This document shows, in pieces, positions 47,562 through 56,800 of a stretch of 64,000 nucleotides of DNA. Position numbers and translations under genes: made by a program. The stretch is from Candidatus Thalassarchaeum sp. (GTDB lineage: Archaea; Thermoplasmatota; Poseidoniia; Poseidoniales; Thalassarchaeaceae), in contig JBJLJN010000009.1 in NCBI GenBank assembly GCA_045559735.1, positions 10,574-74,573 on the forward strand. The letters are read 5' to 3'. Numbering within the stretch: position 1 is the stretch's first letter; each line of letters starts with the position of its first letter. Under the pieces are notes generated by a model, which saw only the letters and a program-made list of their open reading frames with translations, was not told the DNA's origin and did no database searches.

Positions 47562-47567
47562 ATTATA
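47562..47567 (+). promoter_or_regulatory. TATA-like box (ATTATA) about 25 nt upstream of dtdA ATG 47589
   Basis: The spacing fits a leaderless promoter and supports ATG 47589 over GTG 47538. Confidence 0.45.
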
Positions 47568-47588
47568 CGCGTGCCCCCATCGCGAGGC

Positions 47589-48533
47589 ATGGTCACTCTA
47601 CTGATGGCTTCATCCGAGGACGATGCGTCTCTCAATCTGCATCGGGCAATGCTCGACCTAGGTGGTTGGTCTGAACCCTCAGCTATGCCTCATGGTACAC
47701 TATATCAGCACCAATTGCGTGATGTCCATTTACTCCTCATTGAGCAGCTACATATACACGCAGACGGTATAGACGCCACTCATGAGGAGCATACGAGTTG
47801 CGAACTGGACGAAGTCCTGATTCTCTCAAGACATGTCTCAGCTAGCAATACTCCTGCACTGACGCTACATGCAATTGGAATCCCCGGAGAGACTCCTCAT
47901 GGGGAAGAAGGCGTAGCAGGAGGTAGCAAGGGGACAGTCGTACCTCCTTCCCCTAGATTCGCATCTCTGTTCAGAGGCATACTAGCCGAGGGCCGGTCAC
48001 GAGGGCTCGACGACGAGTACGATCTGACTCTGGAGACGACGCATCACGGGCCGGTCCTATCCACGCCCACACTGTACATTGAGATTGGCTCCTCAGAAAG
48101 ACAATGGAAAAGCAAGGTGGCAGGCGATGCTTGGGCGAGTGTCATTTCGGATAATCTCGGACTCGATGGCTCTGAGCCAGTGTCTTGGGAAGTAGGGGGA
48201 GATGTCATGATCGGGATCGGAGGGGGCCACTATGCTCCCAGGCACAAGGCGGTCTTGTCGCAATCCAACCTATGGGCGGGCCATCTACTGGCGAATTATG
48301 CCCTACCTTTCGAGGACCGGATGGAGGGAGGGGTGCCAGATGGAGCTTGGAAGCACTCCATCCGAACCTCGGTTGAGTCCACTATGGTGTCATTCCCCGG
48401 CGGACGATTCTTCGCCCATCTAGACAGGAAGTCGTTCAAGGGCTGGCAGAGGACGGCAATATTGCGACTTTTGGACGAGTTAGGTGTGCCGGTAAGAAGG
48501 GGGAAGGAACTGAATCAATCCTCGCAATTGTGA
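47589..48533 (+). CDS. dtdA: D-aminoacyl-tRNA deacylase, archaeal type (DTD2)
   Basis: MVTLLMASSEDDASLNL..., LTLHAIG and LETTHHGP are typical of the archaeal DtdA family. Confidence 0.75.
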   Translation: MVTLLMASSEDDASLNLHRAMLDLGGWSEPSAMPHGTLYQHQLRDVHLLLIEQLHIHADGIDATHEEHTSCELDEVLILSRHVSASNTPALTLHAIGIPGETPHGEEGVAGGSKGTVVPPSPRFASLFRGILAEGRSRGLDDEYDLTLETTHHGPVLSTPTLYIEIGSSERQWKSKVAGDAWASVISDNLGLDGSEPVSWEVGGDVMIGIGGGHYAPRHKAVLSQSNLWAGHLLANYALPFEDRMEGGVPDGAWKHSIRTSVESTMVSFPGGRFFAHLDRKSFKGWQRTAILRLLDELGVPVRRGKELNQSSQL

Positions 48534-48561
48534 AGTCTCTCCCCGCCCTGCAGGTGTATAG

Positions 48562-49539
48562 ATGAGGCTGTTGGGGCAGTTGGTAGTCGGCTTGATGCCG
48601 ATTACTCCGAAGGTATTTATTCGCTGGGTATCGAAGAGATACGTCGCTGGTTCAGACATGAAAAGTGCAATCTCTCTGATGCAGGAAATGAGCGACGAGG
48701 GAGCCTGCTTCACAGTTGATGTCCTTGGGGAGGAAATCAGCTCCATGGAAGAGGCCGAGTTCTTCTTACATGAATACTCTACACTTATCGATTCCATTAC
48801 GGAGAACAATCTCGATGCGAACATCTCGATCAAACCCACTGCATTCGGTCTGCTGATAAATCCCGATGCAGCTCTACACAATATCGAGACGTTAGTCAGG
48901 AAGGCAGCACAACACAACATGTTCGTCCGCTTGGACATGGAAGATCATAGAGTCACCGGGCCCACTATCGATGTCTGCACATCGATGCACGAGAAAGGCC
49001 TCCACAACATCGGAGTAGTACTTCAAGGAAGACTAATGCGGACCCTCTCAGACATATCCGAAGTCTGCTCTACTACAGGTAAGCAGACGGATTTCAGAAT
49101 CTGCAAGGGAATCTACCTTGAGCCGGAGAATATTGCTCACACAAAATACTGGGACATCGTGCATGGCACTAATGATGCTATCGATGCAATGCTAGATTCG
49201 GGAGCATACACTGCAATAGCTTCGCATGACAATCCGGTAATTTCCTATGCACTATCGGCCTTGAAGAGCAGAGACATGGGGCCGGGTAAGCCCGATCCGC
49301 GGCATACTGAATCCCCTGTGTTGTGGGCGGGCAAGGGGCAGGGTTACGAATTTCAGTTCTTGCTCGGAGTGAGAGGGGATGTCAGACGCAAACTCTCGGA
49401 GCAGGGGCATACGACGAGAGTATACGTTCCATACGGGACCAAGTGGTATGAATACAGCATGCGCCGATTAAGGGAGAATCCAGAGATTGCCTTCCACGTG
49501 ACTAAGGCGCTTCTGATGCCTTGGACTAACAAACGATAG
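48562..49539 (+). CDS. Proline dehydrogenase family protein
   Basis: A 325-aa monofunctional ProDH pattern (...VDVLGEE..., FRICKGIY, ...FQFLLGVR...YVPYG..WYEYSMRRLRENP). A GGTG ribosome-binding motif lies 6-9 nt upstream, so the gene is probably co-transcribed with dtdA. Confidence 0.8.
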   Translation: MRLLGQLVVGLMPITPKVFIRWVSKRYVAGSDMKSAISLMQEMSDEGACFTVDVLGEEISSMEEAEFFLHEYSTLIDSITENNLDANISIKPTAFGLLINPDAALHNIETLVRKAAQHNMFVRLDMEDHRVTGPTIDVCTSMHEKGLHNIGVVLQGRLMRTLSDISEVCSTTGKQTDFRICKGIYLEPENIAHTKYWDIVHGTNDAIDAMLDSGAYTAIASHDNPVISYALSALKSRDMGPGKPDPRHTESPVLWAGKGQGYEFQFLLGVRGDVRRKLSEQGHTTRVYVPYGTKWYEYSMRRLRENPEIAFHVTKALLMPWTNKR

Positions 49540-50169
49540 TCAGCTTGAATCTATTGAGTGGAGGTACATCCTGCGTATATCCGATGCCGCACGCCTCCCT
49601 CTCAGCGTCCTGCCCTTACCAGTGTGAATGGCTCTGATCCTCCAAGGCCTACCGCCTACTTCAATCACATTACCACATGAGAACTCCTGCTCAGGATTGC
49701 ACTCCAATGTCTCGGATGAACTCTCTTCTCCTTCTGTCATGGTGATTCTGACCGTGACTCTGTCTTTGCGGACAGCCCAAGCAGCTTTTGTCTCAGTAAC
49801 TGGCAAAGTTTTCCGGGGCCTGGAGCCCGCGCCGTCAATTCGGGTAATCTCCCATTGGGCCGAGTCCCATTCAAAGACCTCGCCCACTGCGAGCACCTCA
49901 TCCTCATCGACCTCAATCTCCTGAGCCCTGCTAGAAGCCCCCTCTGATAGAGTGAAGACCAGTCTCACAGGCCTCGGAGGCCGGATTACGACAGTCTGGA
50001 CCTTGCTGCATTCAGTGCATCTGGCAAGTACATCGAAACCGCTCCCGCGAGAAGTCCTACGAAGTATCTCGTGCTCGGTAGAATACGCGCAATTTGAGCA
50101 CTCTGCCATCTGCGCCCCTGCATCCTCCTCAAGACCCTCTGACATGTGTCTTCGGTAATCGTCGTCCAC
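49540..50169 (-). CDS. Zinc-finger protein with two repeated beta-rich modules (archaeal HVO_0476-like family, recalled from memory)
   Basis: The zinc finger is CSNCAYS...CTECSK. Two similar segments follow, ending ...WEITRID and ...WRIRAIH. The start is GTG 50169, with ATG 50145 or 50109 as alternatives. Confidence 0.6.
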   Translation of the reverse strand: MDDDYRRHMSEGLEEDAGAQMAECSNCAYSTEHEILRRTSRGSGFDVLARCTECSKVQTVVIRPPRPVRLVFTLSEGASSRAQEIEVDEDEVLAVGEVFEWDSAQWEITRIDGAGSRPRKTLPVTETKAAWAVRKDRVTVRITMTEGEESSSETLECNPEQEFSCGNVIEVGGRPWRIRAIHTGKGRTLRGRRAASDIRRMYLHSIDSS

Positions 50170-50220
50170 TTGAAGCCATCCAATGCGATGATTGAATAGA
50201 AGCCCCCCAGAGCAGATGCC

Positions 50221-51012
50221 ATGGCTACTGGAGAGGGCGGAATAGGGCTGCCTCAGATGTCAGAGGACGAGATGTTCTCTCTGTTGTTGTTAGAGGATGC
50301 TGAGAGGGGAGATTCCGAGCCGGCAATAGCTGCAGGAATCGGCGAGCAGATGCTTCACATGAGCCTACGCCCCCTGCCTCGATCTATGCGTGCTAGAATC
50401 AGAGATATTTCAAGTAGGATTCCCGCCAAGAACGCCGCCCTAATAGGAGGTGGAATCGGACACCTCTCAGCTTGGCTACTCGACTTATGGTGTGGCGATC
50501 CAGCCAAACCTCCCGAGACACCACCTCCTAAGCCAGATAGTTTCCGGATTATCGAACCAGGAGGTAAGTTCGGGGTAATTATTGACAGACTCATCCGTCG
50601 ACATGGTGCGGAGAACTGGACCCAGATTATCCAAATGCCTTGGAGCGAGTTGGCCGCCGAGACAGCTACATGGTCAGCAGCGACAACAGCTCTCCCGGAG
50701 GCTGCTCAACCATCTCCTCTACCTCTGCCCATCGATCTCGTCGTCATCGATGTCACTGAGTCTGAGAGGCCCTCGACTGCAAAATCTGCGTTTGAATTAC
50801 TCTCTTCAGGAGGCGTATTATTGGTACAGGAGCCTGAGGTTCCGACCGGTGACGTAGGAGTTGCGAATTCTCCTTCTGAGATGACCTCAGCTCAGAAGAA
50901 AGTCGAATCCTTCAACCATTGGATCTCCTTCGTAAAGGAGGTCAGTGAAAATCATTCCATAGGGTTCGTTGAACTCACTGGAGGAACCCTCGCCGTACTG
51001 CGTCGTGCCTGA
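50221..51012 (+). CDS. Class-I SAM-dependent O-methyltransferase-like protein (family-3 OMT pattern, possibly degenerate)
   Basis: It has LIGGGIGHLSAWLL (a G-rich loop) and IDLVVIDV...AFELLSSGGVLLVQEP...SFNHWISFV...VELTGGTLAVLRR. These follow the DlvFiDa...ll..GGlivvDN...fn..l...lp.gdGl consensus. Confidence 0.5.
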   Translation: MATGEGGIGLPQMSEDEMFSLLLLEDAERGDSEPAIAAGIGEQMLHMSLRPLPRSMRARIRDISSRIPAKNAALIGGGIGHLSAWLLDLWCGDPAKPPETPPPKPDSFRIIEPGGKFGVIIDRLIRRHGAENWTQIIQMPWSELAAETATWSAATTALPEAAQPSPLPLPIDLVVIDVTESERPSTAKSAFELLSSGGVLLVQEPEVPTGDVGVANSPSEMTSAQKKVESFNHWISFVKEVSENHSIGFVELTGGTLAVLRRA

Positions 51013-52235
51013 ATGGAATCACTATCCGAATCTATTGTTGAAGGCGGAATTTTAGCTGGATTGTTGGATGGAGCAGCAGATGAATTACCTAGAGCATCAA
51101 GCAGCAGATCGGCCCTCAGATGGCCATATCCGTAGTGCTCGTCATGCTCGCTCTGTCCCTCCTTCATCTGCGAGTTCTGCATCATCAGCTCCTTCATCTG
51201 GGCCACCGCTCCCGGGCCACCCGAGTCTCCCTCCCGCTGCATCTCTGGGTGCTCTTCCAGCAGGAGTGCCAAGGCGCCCGAGACCCAAGCGGTCGAAGCG
51301 GAAGTCCCGCTGGACCAGCCCCACCATGAATCCGAACTCAAGCCTCCTGCCATTAGAATCGGAACTTCATGCCCGGGAGCGACCAGTTCGGGTTTCTTGT
51401 CAGGATCACTTCTCGGGAAGATTGGGTTGGGCCAGATTCTACCGTCATTATCTCCTTGTGAGCTACCTGTCCATATCGCACCGGTACGAGTGACTCCGCC
51501 AACACAGATTACATCCTCGACAGAGCCAGGAGATTCGACATCTCCATCATCATCATCGCCATCATTACCCGCAGCAGCCACGACATACACTCCCTCGTTG
51601 ATTGCGTCTTCAACTGCTTCCTCCAGAGCATCCGTTGTGAACAAGCCAGAGCCGAATCCTTGTGCACCCCCTAGGCTTAGGGAGATCACATCTGCCTGAC
51701 TGGCAACACACCAGTCGACTGACTCAGCAATCCGTTCATCATTACCAATACCTTGGTCATCGATCGCTTTGGCAACCAGCAGACTCACTCCGGGTGCATT
51801 ACCCGTCAGCCCGTCTTGAGCCACTATGATTCCAGCCATCGCAGTGCCATGCCCTTCATCATCATAAGGAGAATCTGAATCACCGATAGCATCATGCCAT
51901 CCAGCAAGATCCATCTTCTGCAAATCGGGATGGTCGGGGTCAATTCCTGAATCGACCACACACAGCACCACTCCTGTACCATCGCCAGAAATAGCATCGA
52001 CCCCTGTCATGTCTCTATACTCGTCCTCCCATGTCAGCAATGCAGAAGGCGGTCCACCAATCGTTATGTTTGCAGCCTGAGAGATAATCCATAGGCCCGC
52101 AATGGCTAAACTGAGTAGAACAATCAATCCTGCAGAAATTCCAATGACTATCTTCAGAGCCCCGCCTTGTCCGCTTTCCGTTTCCGAATGGTCAAACAAC
52201 TCATTTTCATTCTCTGTATCTATAACCACTCTCAT
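50952..52235 (-). CDS. Membrane-anchored subtilisin-like serine protease (S8)
   Basis: The triad motifs are VVDSGIDPDHPDL, HGTAMAGII and GTSASTAWVSG. The N-terminal anchor is IVIGISAGLIVLLSLAIAGLWII. Its 3' end overlaps the convergent OMT-like gene by 61 nt. Confidence 0.85.
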   Translation of the reverse strand: MRVVIDTENENELFDHSETESGQGGALKIVIGISAGLIVLLSLAIAGLWIISQAANITIGGPPSALLTWEDEYRDMTGVDAISGDGTGVVLCVVDSGIDPDHPDLQKMDLAGWHDAIGDSDSPYDDEGHGTAMAGIIVAQDGLTGNAPGVSLLVAKAIDDQGIGNDERIAESVDWCVASQADVISLSLGGAQGFGSGLFTTDALEEAVEDAINEGVYVVAAAGNDGDDDDGDVESPGSVEDVICVGGVTRTGAIWTGSSQGDNDGRIWPNPIFPRSDPDKKPELVAPGHEVPILMAGGLSSDSWWGWSSGTSASTAWVSGALALLLEEHPEMQREGDSGGPGAVAQMKELMMQNSQMKEGQSEHDEHYGYGHLRADLLLDALGNSSAAPSNNPAKIPPSTIDSDSDSIQARRSTARVPPVSSTNPME

Positions 52236-52277
52236 TCCACCAATTAAACGATTCCGAAATATATCAGCTTACGGCTA

Positions 52278-53471
52278 TCACCATGCTTCTGGTCTGCTGA
52301 AATGACTCACTACAGTAGTGTTCGACCTACAACTTGGACATTCAATCCTGATGGGCAGAGCCGTGTCGCACTCGGGGCATTTCGTCCCGGGCTTGCCAGA
52401 CCCAGAGCAACTCTCAGAGCAAGGCACCTCGATTCGTCCACCTTCGTGCCTGACTGCAGGAGTACTACCTGAGCAGATTGGACATTTTCCTTGCTCTGCC
52501 TCGGGCGTTGATTCCGGAGCCTCTCCTGAGACCTCCCTGGCCCTAACTGATTGAATTCTGTCTTCAGCATCTCCGAGCATGAACTGAGGGTACCACAGGA
52601 CATGCACCAAAAATACAGAGGCAGCGAAACCGGTGATTACGAACATCGCAACCAGCAGATTGCTGTAATCCTCAATCGGAGGCCGTTGAGCTATGGCATG
52701 AGCTCCCGACCATGACATCAGATTGATCAAAATCATCCATGCCCCTAGGCTGAGGCTCCAAGCCCTAAGGCTGTGATCTCTCCATGCCTTTTGCACGACG
52801 CGAGGGTCAGGGTGGGCATGCCTCTCTTCGACGTGAATATCTCTAGTCTCGATGACCGCGCGATGGACTACGATAATTGCCAAGAAGAAGAGAATTAGAT
52901 TCGACATAATTAGCATGACCCAGTCTATACTAATCGATTCACTCGGGAAGTTGGGAGAATTGGAATGAGCACTAATTGATCCGAGTTGGATTACTAGCAT
53001 TGCAAGCCAGAGATAGACCAGATTCTCTCGCATTATCGGGTAAGTTGTCCACATAGTGACGAAAACGCCAGTCCAAGCAATGAGTGATAGCAGAGCCATC
53101 ATCAGTGAAATGTCAGAGAGGTTTCTGAAACCACTCAGCCCCACTCTGTTGTAGTCACCCCCTGATGCCAATTCACCAACACCTAGATCCCAACACCCGA
53201 GGACTAGGGCAATGAAGGCTAATCCCACACTGGTCAGCTCACCGGCTCCCCAACGACTCCTGATCATAGCGAGGTGGAAGATCAGGTCCTCGCGGAACAC
53301 GTCCACAAGCTCAAGCCGCCCATCACGCTCTGACATCCTGTAACTCAACTGGACATCCGTCAAGCGAAGCGGCCGATGACCGCCTCCAGACACATCCGAA
53401 CCTGTGCTTTCACCTTCGCCCACGACGGCTCCGAATCGAGACACCGAATAAGGGCCGCGCTGACTCGACAC
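52278..53471 (-). CDS. Polytopic membrane protein with C-terminal double zinc ribbon
   Basis: There are several hydrophobic helices. The C-terminus is CPICSGS...CSESCSGSGKPGTKCPECDT...CPSCRS. The start is GTG, so it is uncertain. Confidence 0.6.
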   Translation of the reverse strand: MSSQRGPYSVSRFGAVVGEGESTGSDVSGGGHRPLRLTDVQLSYRMSERDGRLELVDVFREDLIFHLAMIRSRWGAGELTSVGLAFIALVLGCWDLGVGELASGGDYNRVGLSGFRNLSDISLMMALLSLIAWTGVFVTMWTTYPIMRENLVYLWLAMLVIQLGSISAHSNSPNFPSESISIDWVMLIMSNLILFFLAIIVVHRAVIETRDIHVEERHAHPDPRVVQKAWRDHSLRAWSLSLGAWMILINLMSWSGAHAIAQRPPIEDYSNLLVAMFVITGFAASVFLVHVLWYPQFMLGDAEDRIQSVRAREVSGEAPESTPEAEQGKCPICSGSTPAVRHEGGRIEVPCSESCSGSGKPGTKCPECDTALPIRIECPSCRSNTTVVSHFSRPEAW

Positions 53472-53493
53472 TTCGCAAGTCTGTTGATTGAGG

Positions 53494-53579
53494 TGGCGCC
53501 GAGAGGGAGATTTGAACTCCCGAGGGAAAATCCCACATGATTTCCAGTCATGCGCAATACCGGGCTATGCGATCTCGGC
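53494..53579 (-). tRNA. tRNA-Ser (anticodon GGA), CCA encoded
   Basis: The minus-strand read is GCCGAGA...CATGA-CTGGAAA-TCATG-variable arm (GGGATTTTCCC)-GGGAG-TTCAAAT-CTCCC-TCTCGGC-G-CCA. Confidence 0.9.
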
Positions 53580-53651
53580 TGGCGACCCGACGAGTGATAT
53601 GGAAGTCTTGAGCCTGTTGCATGGAAATGCTTCCCTACCTTATCGCAGCGA

Positions 53652-53657
53652 TTAAAT
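53652..53657 (+). promoter_or_regulatory. TATA box (TTAAAT) about 28 nt upstream of tRNA-Thr 5' end
   Basis: Its position and sequence fit an archaeal tRNA promoter. Confidence 0.5.
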
Positions 53658-53682
53658 CAGCCCCATCGATGGACGGGCCGTC

Positions 53683-53757
53683 GCCACTGTGGCTTAGGGG
53701 TATAGCGTCGCCTTGGTAAGGCGAAGGTCGGGGGTTCAATTCCCCCCAGTGGCTCCA
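53683..53757 (+). tRNA. tRNA-Thr (anticodon GGU), CCA encoded
   Basis: The read is GCCACTG-TG-GCTTAGGGGTATAGCG-TCGCC-TTGGTAA-GGCGA-AGGTC-GGGGG-TTCAATT-CCCCC-CAGTGGC-T-CCA. Confidence 0.9.
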
Positions 53758-53822
53758 AATTGGAAAATACTGGATGAGAATTTATGTCTAAACCAGTCTG
53801 TTCGTAGAACAGAACCAATTCA

Positions 53823-53830
53823 TTCATATT
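53823..53830 (+). promoter_or_regulatory. TATA-like box (TTCATATT) about 26 nt upstream of ATG 53853
   Basis: The spacing fits a leaderless promoter and supports ATG 53853 over TTG 53829. Confidence 0.4.
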
Positions 53831-53852
53831 GCACCTAAATCCACGTGGCCCC

Positions 53853-56800
53853 ATGCCAGCCGGGCGGAAGACAGTTGCGGGATACCTCGTACTACTGATA
53901 TTGATTGCACCATTGACAACAGCGGATATCTCTCCATGGGACGGCCCATCGAGTGTGGACACCCAAGGAGGAACTGCTACGATTCAAGGATTTGAGGTTC
54001 CAGGGAATGCCACCGTGCTCGATGCTTGGATACATGTCTCTGATTCTCCGATGGAAGGCTCCAGCGTCCCTGCGATGGTCTGGGATAGCGATGTCATCGT
54101 CAATGGTACCATGGCCGGCACGACTACGGAATTGGTGGACGGATACCTTTCTCTTGAAGATGACATGACTCGATCCGAGATTTCTTCTCTGGACGAGGGC
54201 AACTACACTATTAGTCTCAGCTCCACATACAAGCCAGGCCCACAACCACTGGTGATGACTCAGTTTGAGCTGCCGGGCGGATACGCCCCTCATGCTCATT
54301 GCAACAGTCTTACCGGATATAACCTCAGTTCCGGTTTTGACGAAGACAACAGCGGCGACCTTTCCAACTCCGAAATCATTTCATCGCACTACCTGTGCCA
54401 GACCAGTCAAGTCGTTCAAGGTGGCAACGGTAGAGTAGCTAACGGGACTCTTGTAAACGGCTCATTCATGTCTTCTGAGGCTATTCTGGCCGCAGGAAAC
54501 ACTACCTGCCCTGAGGGCGGAAGAATCTTTACTTACGGCAACGACTATGGCTACTACTATGACGACAACACTGGCCTCAATGCGACTGAAGAAGACGGGC
54601 AACTCCTCTTCTGCAATCGCCCAATCTACTGGTCCGCTACCAATTTGGAGCTTAATGGGGCCATTCAAGGATCAGAACAGACCCTATCACATGGAGTAGC
54701 ACCGGCTAGCGCTTCCGAAGGAACTGTCGCTATTGGTACATTACCAGGCGACCCTCTCCCCGCAGATACCGACACGTGGTTCACATTTCCAGTAGGGATT
54801 CTACCTCACGTCAGACATGACAATTACACACTATCATATGATCTGTGGCACCATCTCGACGGGAGCGAAGGGGGTGCATGGCTTGAGTATCAGTCCAGAA
54901 CCACTTCCGGTTGGGGCCAGTGGACATGGATCGAGCCCGAAGGTGGATATCCATATTCAATCAGTCATTCAAACCTATCAGTCACGGGAGCTCCAACTGG
55001 AGCACTTTCAGTCTACGGCGGAACCACCCACAGCGGCTGGATTTCCGACCAGGTCAACCTTTCAACTATCCCTGGAGCTTCAACCGATTCGATAACTGAT
55101 TTGAAATTCAGGTTCAGAGTCTGGACGTCCGAGAACTCCACTCCGCGCCCAGGCGTATTCGTCGATAACATCTTGATTCACAACGATGGGACCGGAGGCG
55201 GAGCTTGGCATCACGGATGCGATGTCAACGGCTATTCATTCGCAAACCACGGAACTTACTGCTATTACTCAAATAACGCGAACGGTCATCTCCAGACGGT
55301 TGTGAATCTGACCAATGTGGATGACATGATTTTCACGCTTCATTGGGATCTTGAAGGGTCAGTGTGGGATAATGCCTGCATCGAACTCTCAAACAATGGA
55401 GGTACCAATTGGATAGACATAAGCTCCACCGGCGGCACTAGTACCGCCAGCCAGTGCCGCTCACGCACTGGCCCTATCCCTGGGTCTGGTTACACCGACA
55501 TGTCAGGGACTACTCACCTAGATGATTCTGCGGGACCGGTCGATATACAACTATCTGTCCCGGCTACTCATCGTGTTAGCAATGCCCAATTGAAAATCAG
55601 TGTCCAGACTGATGGTTCCGTTCAATATGGCAGTTCTAATTGCTCCCCATTCCCATGCGATCCAGATGGCCGTGAAGGCCTCACTGTTTACTCATTCAGG
55701 GGGATGGCTAGTAGCGGAGCGCAGTTGTTCTACAGAGACATGGGCACGGCCTCAGTTACGACATATGCGACGGGGACGAACGAGTGGAGACTTCTAACGA
55801 TGAACTCAGGATACCTCCACGACTCTCATGGCTTTGAGGACTCTACGGCTTCAGAACCTGAAACTCCTGATGCAACAGGCTTCCAACGTGGAACTAGTGT
55901 TAACAATTGTAACTTCACAACATGTCAATTCGAAAGGGGGGCATACACCGATGCGGGCAATACTGGAGAATGGGGGCCGGCAAGAACATCCTCTTATCCC
56001 TACTCGTATGCAATCGGCGCCACAGGCACGATGACTTCGGTCATCGGCAACGCTTGGCTCATGACTCCTACATACAACGTGTCCCAGTCGGGCATCACGG
56101 AATTCGTCTTTGACCACTGGATTTGCATGACTTGGTCCAACTACATCGGAGGGGCCCTGTTCATCCAGGTCAACGGTGGGTCTTGGCAACACTATGATCC
56201 AGGTACATACACCAATACGATGTACAGTTTTGGATCCACTACCGCTCTCGATGGCTTGGGAATCTGGACGACCGTACATTGCGGAACGAACGATTTGGTC
56301 TCTGAATCAATCGACCTTTCTGCTTACAGAGGAGATGAGGTGAGGTTCAGGTTCATCGCCGCAGCCAAGTACTCAGATACCGACTCCGGTTGGTTCATTG
56401 ACAATATCGGTCTGAGGCAGGCCAACTTCAGTTCGTCGGGCACTTGGCTGAGCCAAGAATTCCAATTGGGTGCCAATGACGACCTATTCGACTTTGGAAT
56501 GATTGAGGCATTAGGGACAGCCTATGACTATGCCAACAATACTCTGACGGGAACCCTCCTTGATGCCAATTCCATGGAGGCTATACCGGGGTACTCGGAT
56601 GTCGACTTCCCAATCAGCCTAGCCGGCTTGGATGTCGATTCCCACTCTCAGCTCAGACTAAAACTAACTCTCGACTCACAGAACCCTGTCGCCTCTCCTA
56701 TGGTGGAAACCATCAGAATCGGCGGCCCGCGAATTTTGTGGGCTTCAATGGGTGGGCTAAATGGATGGGATATTTCCAGCGGGATTGAGTTGATCGATGA

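Noticed and set aside
53657-53962. 101-aa minus-strand ORF
   Set aside because: It runs antisense straight through tRNA-Thr (53683-53757) and the 5' end of the giant gene. It is an artefact of an open frame.
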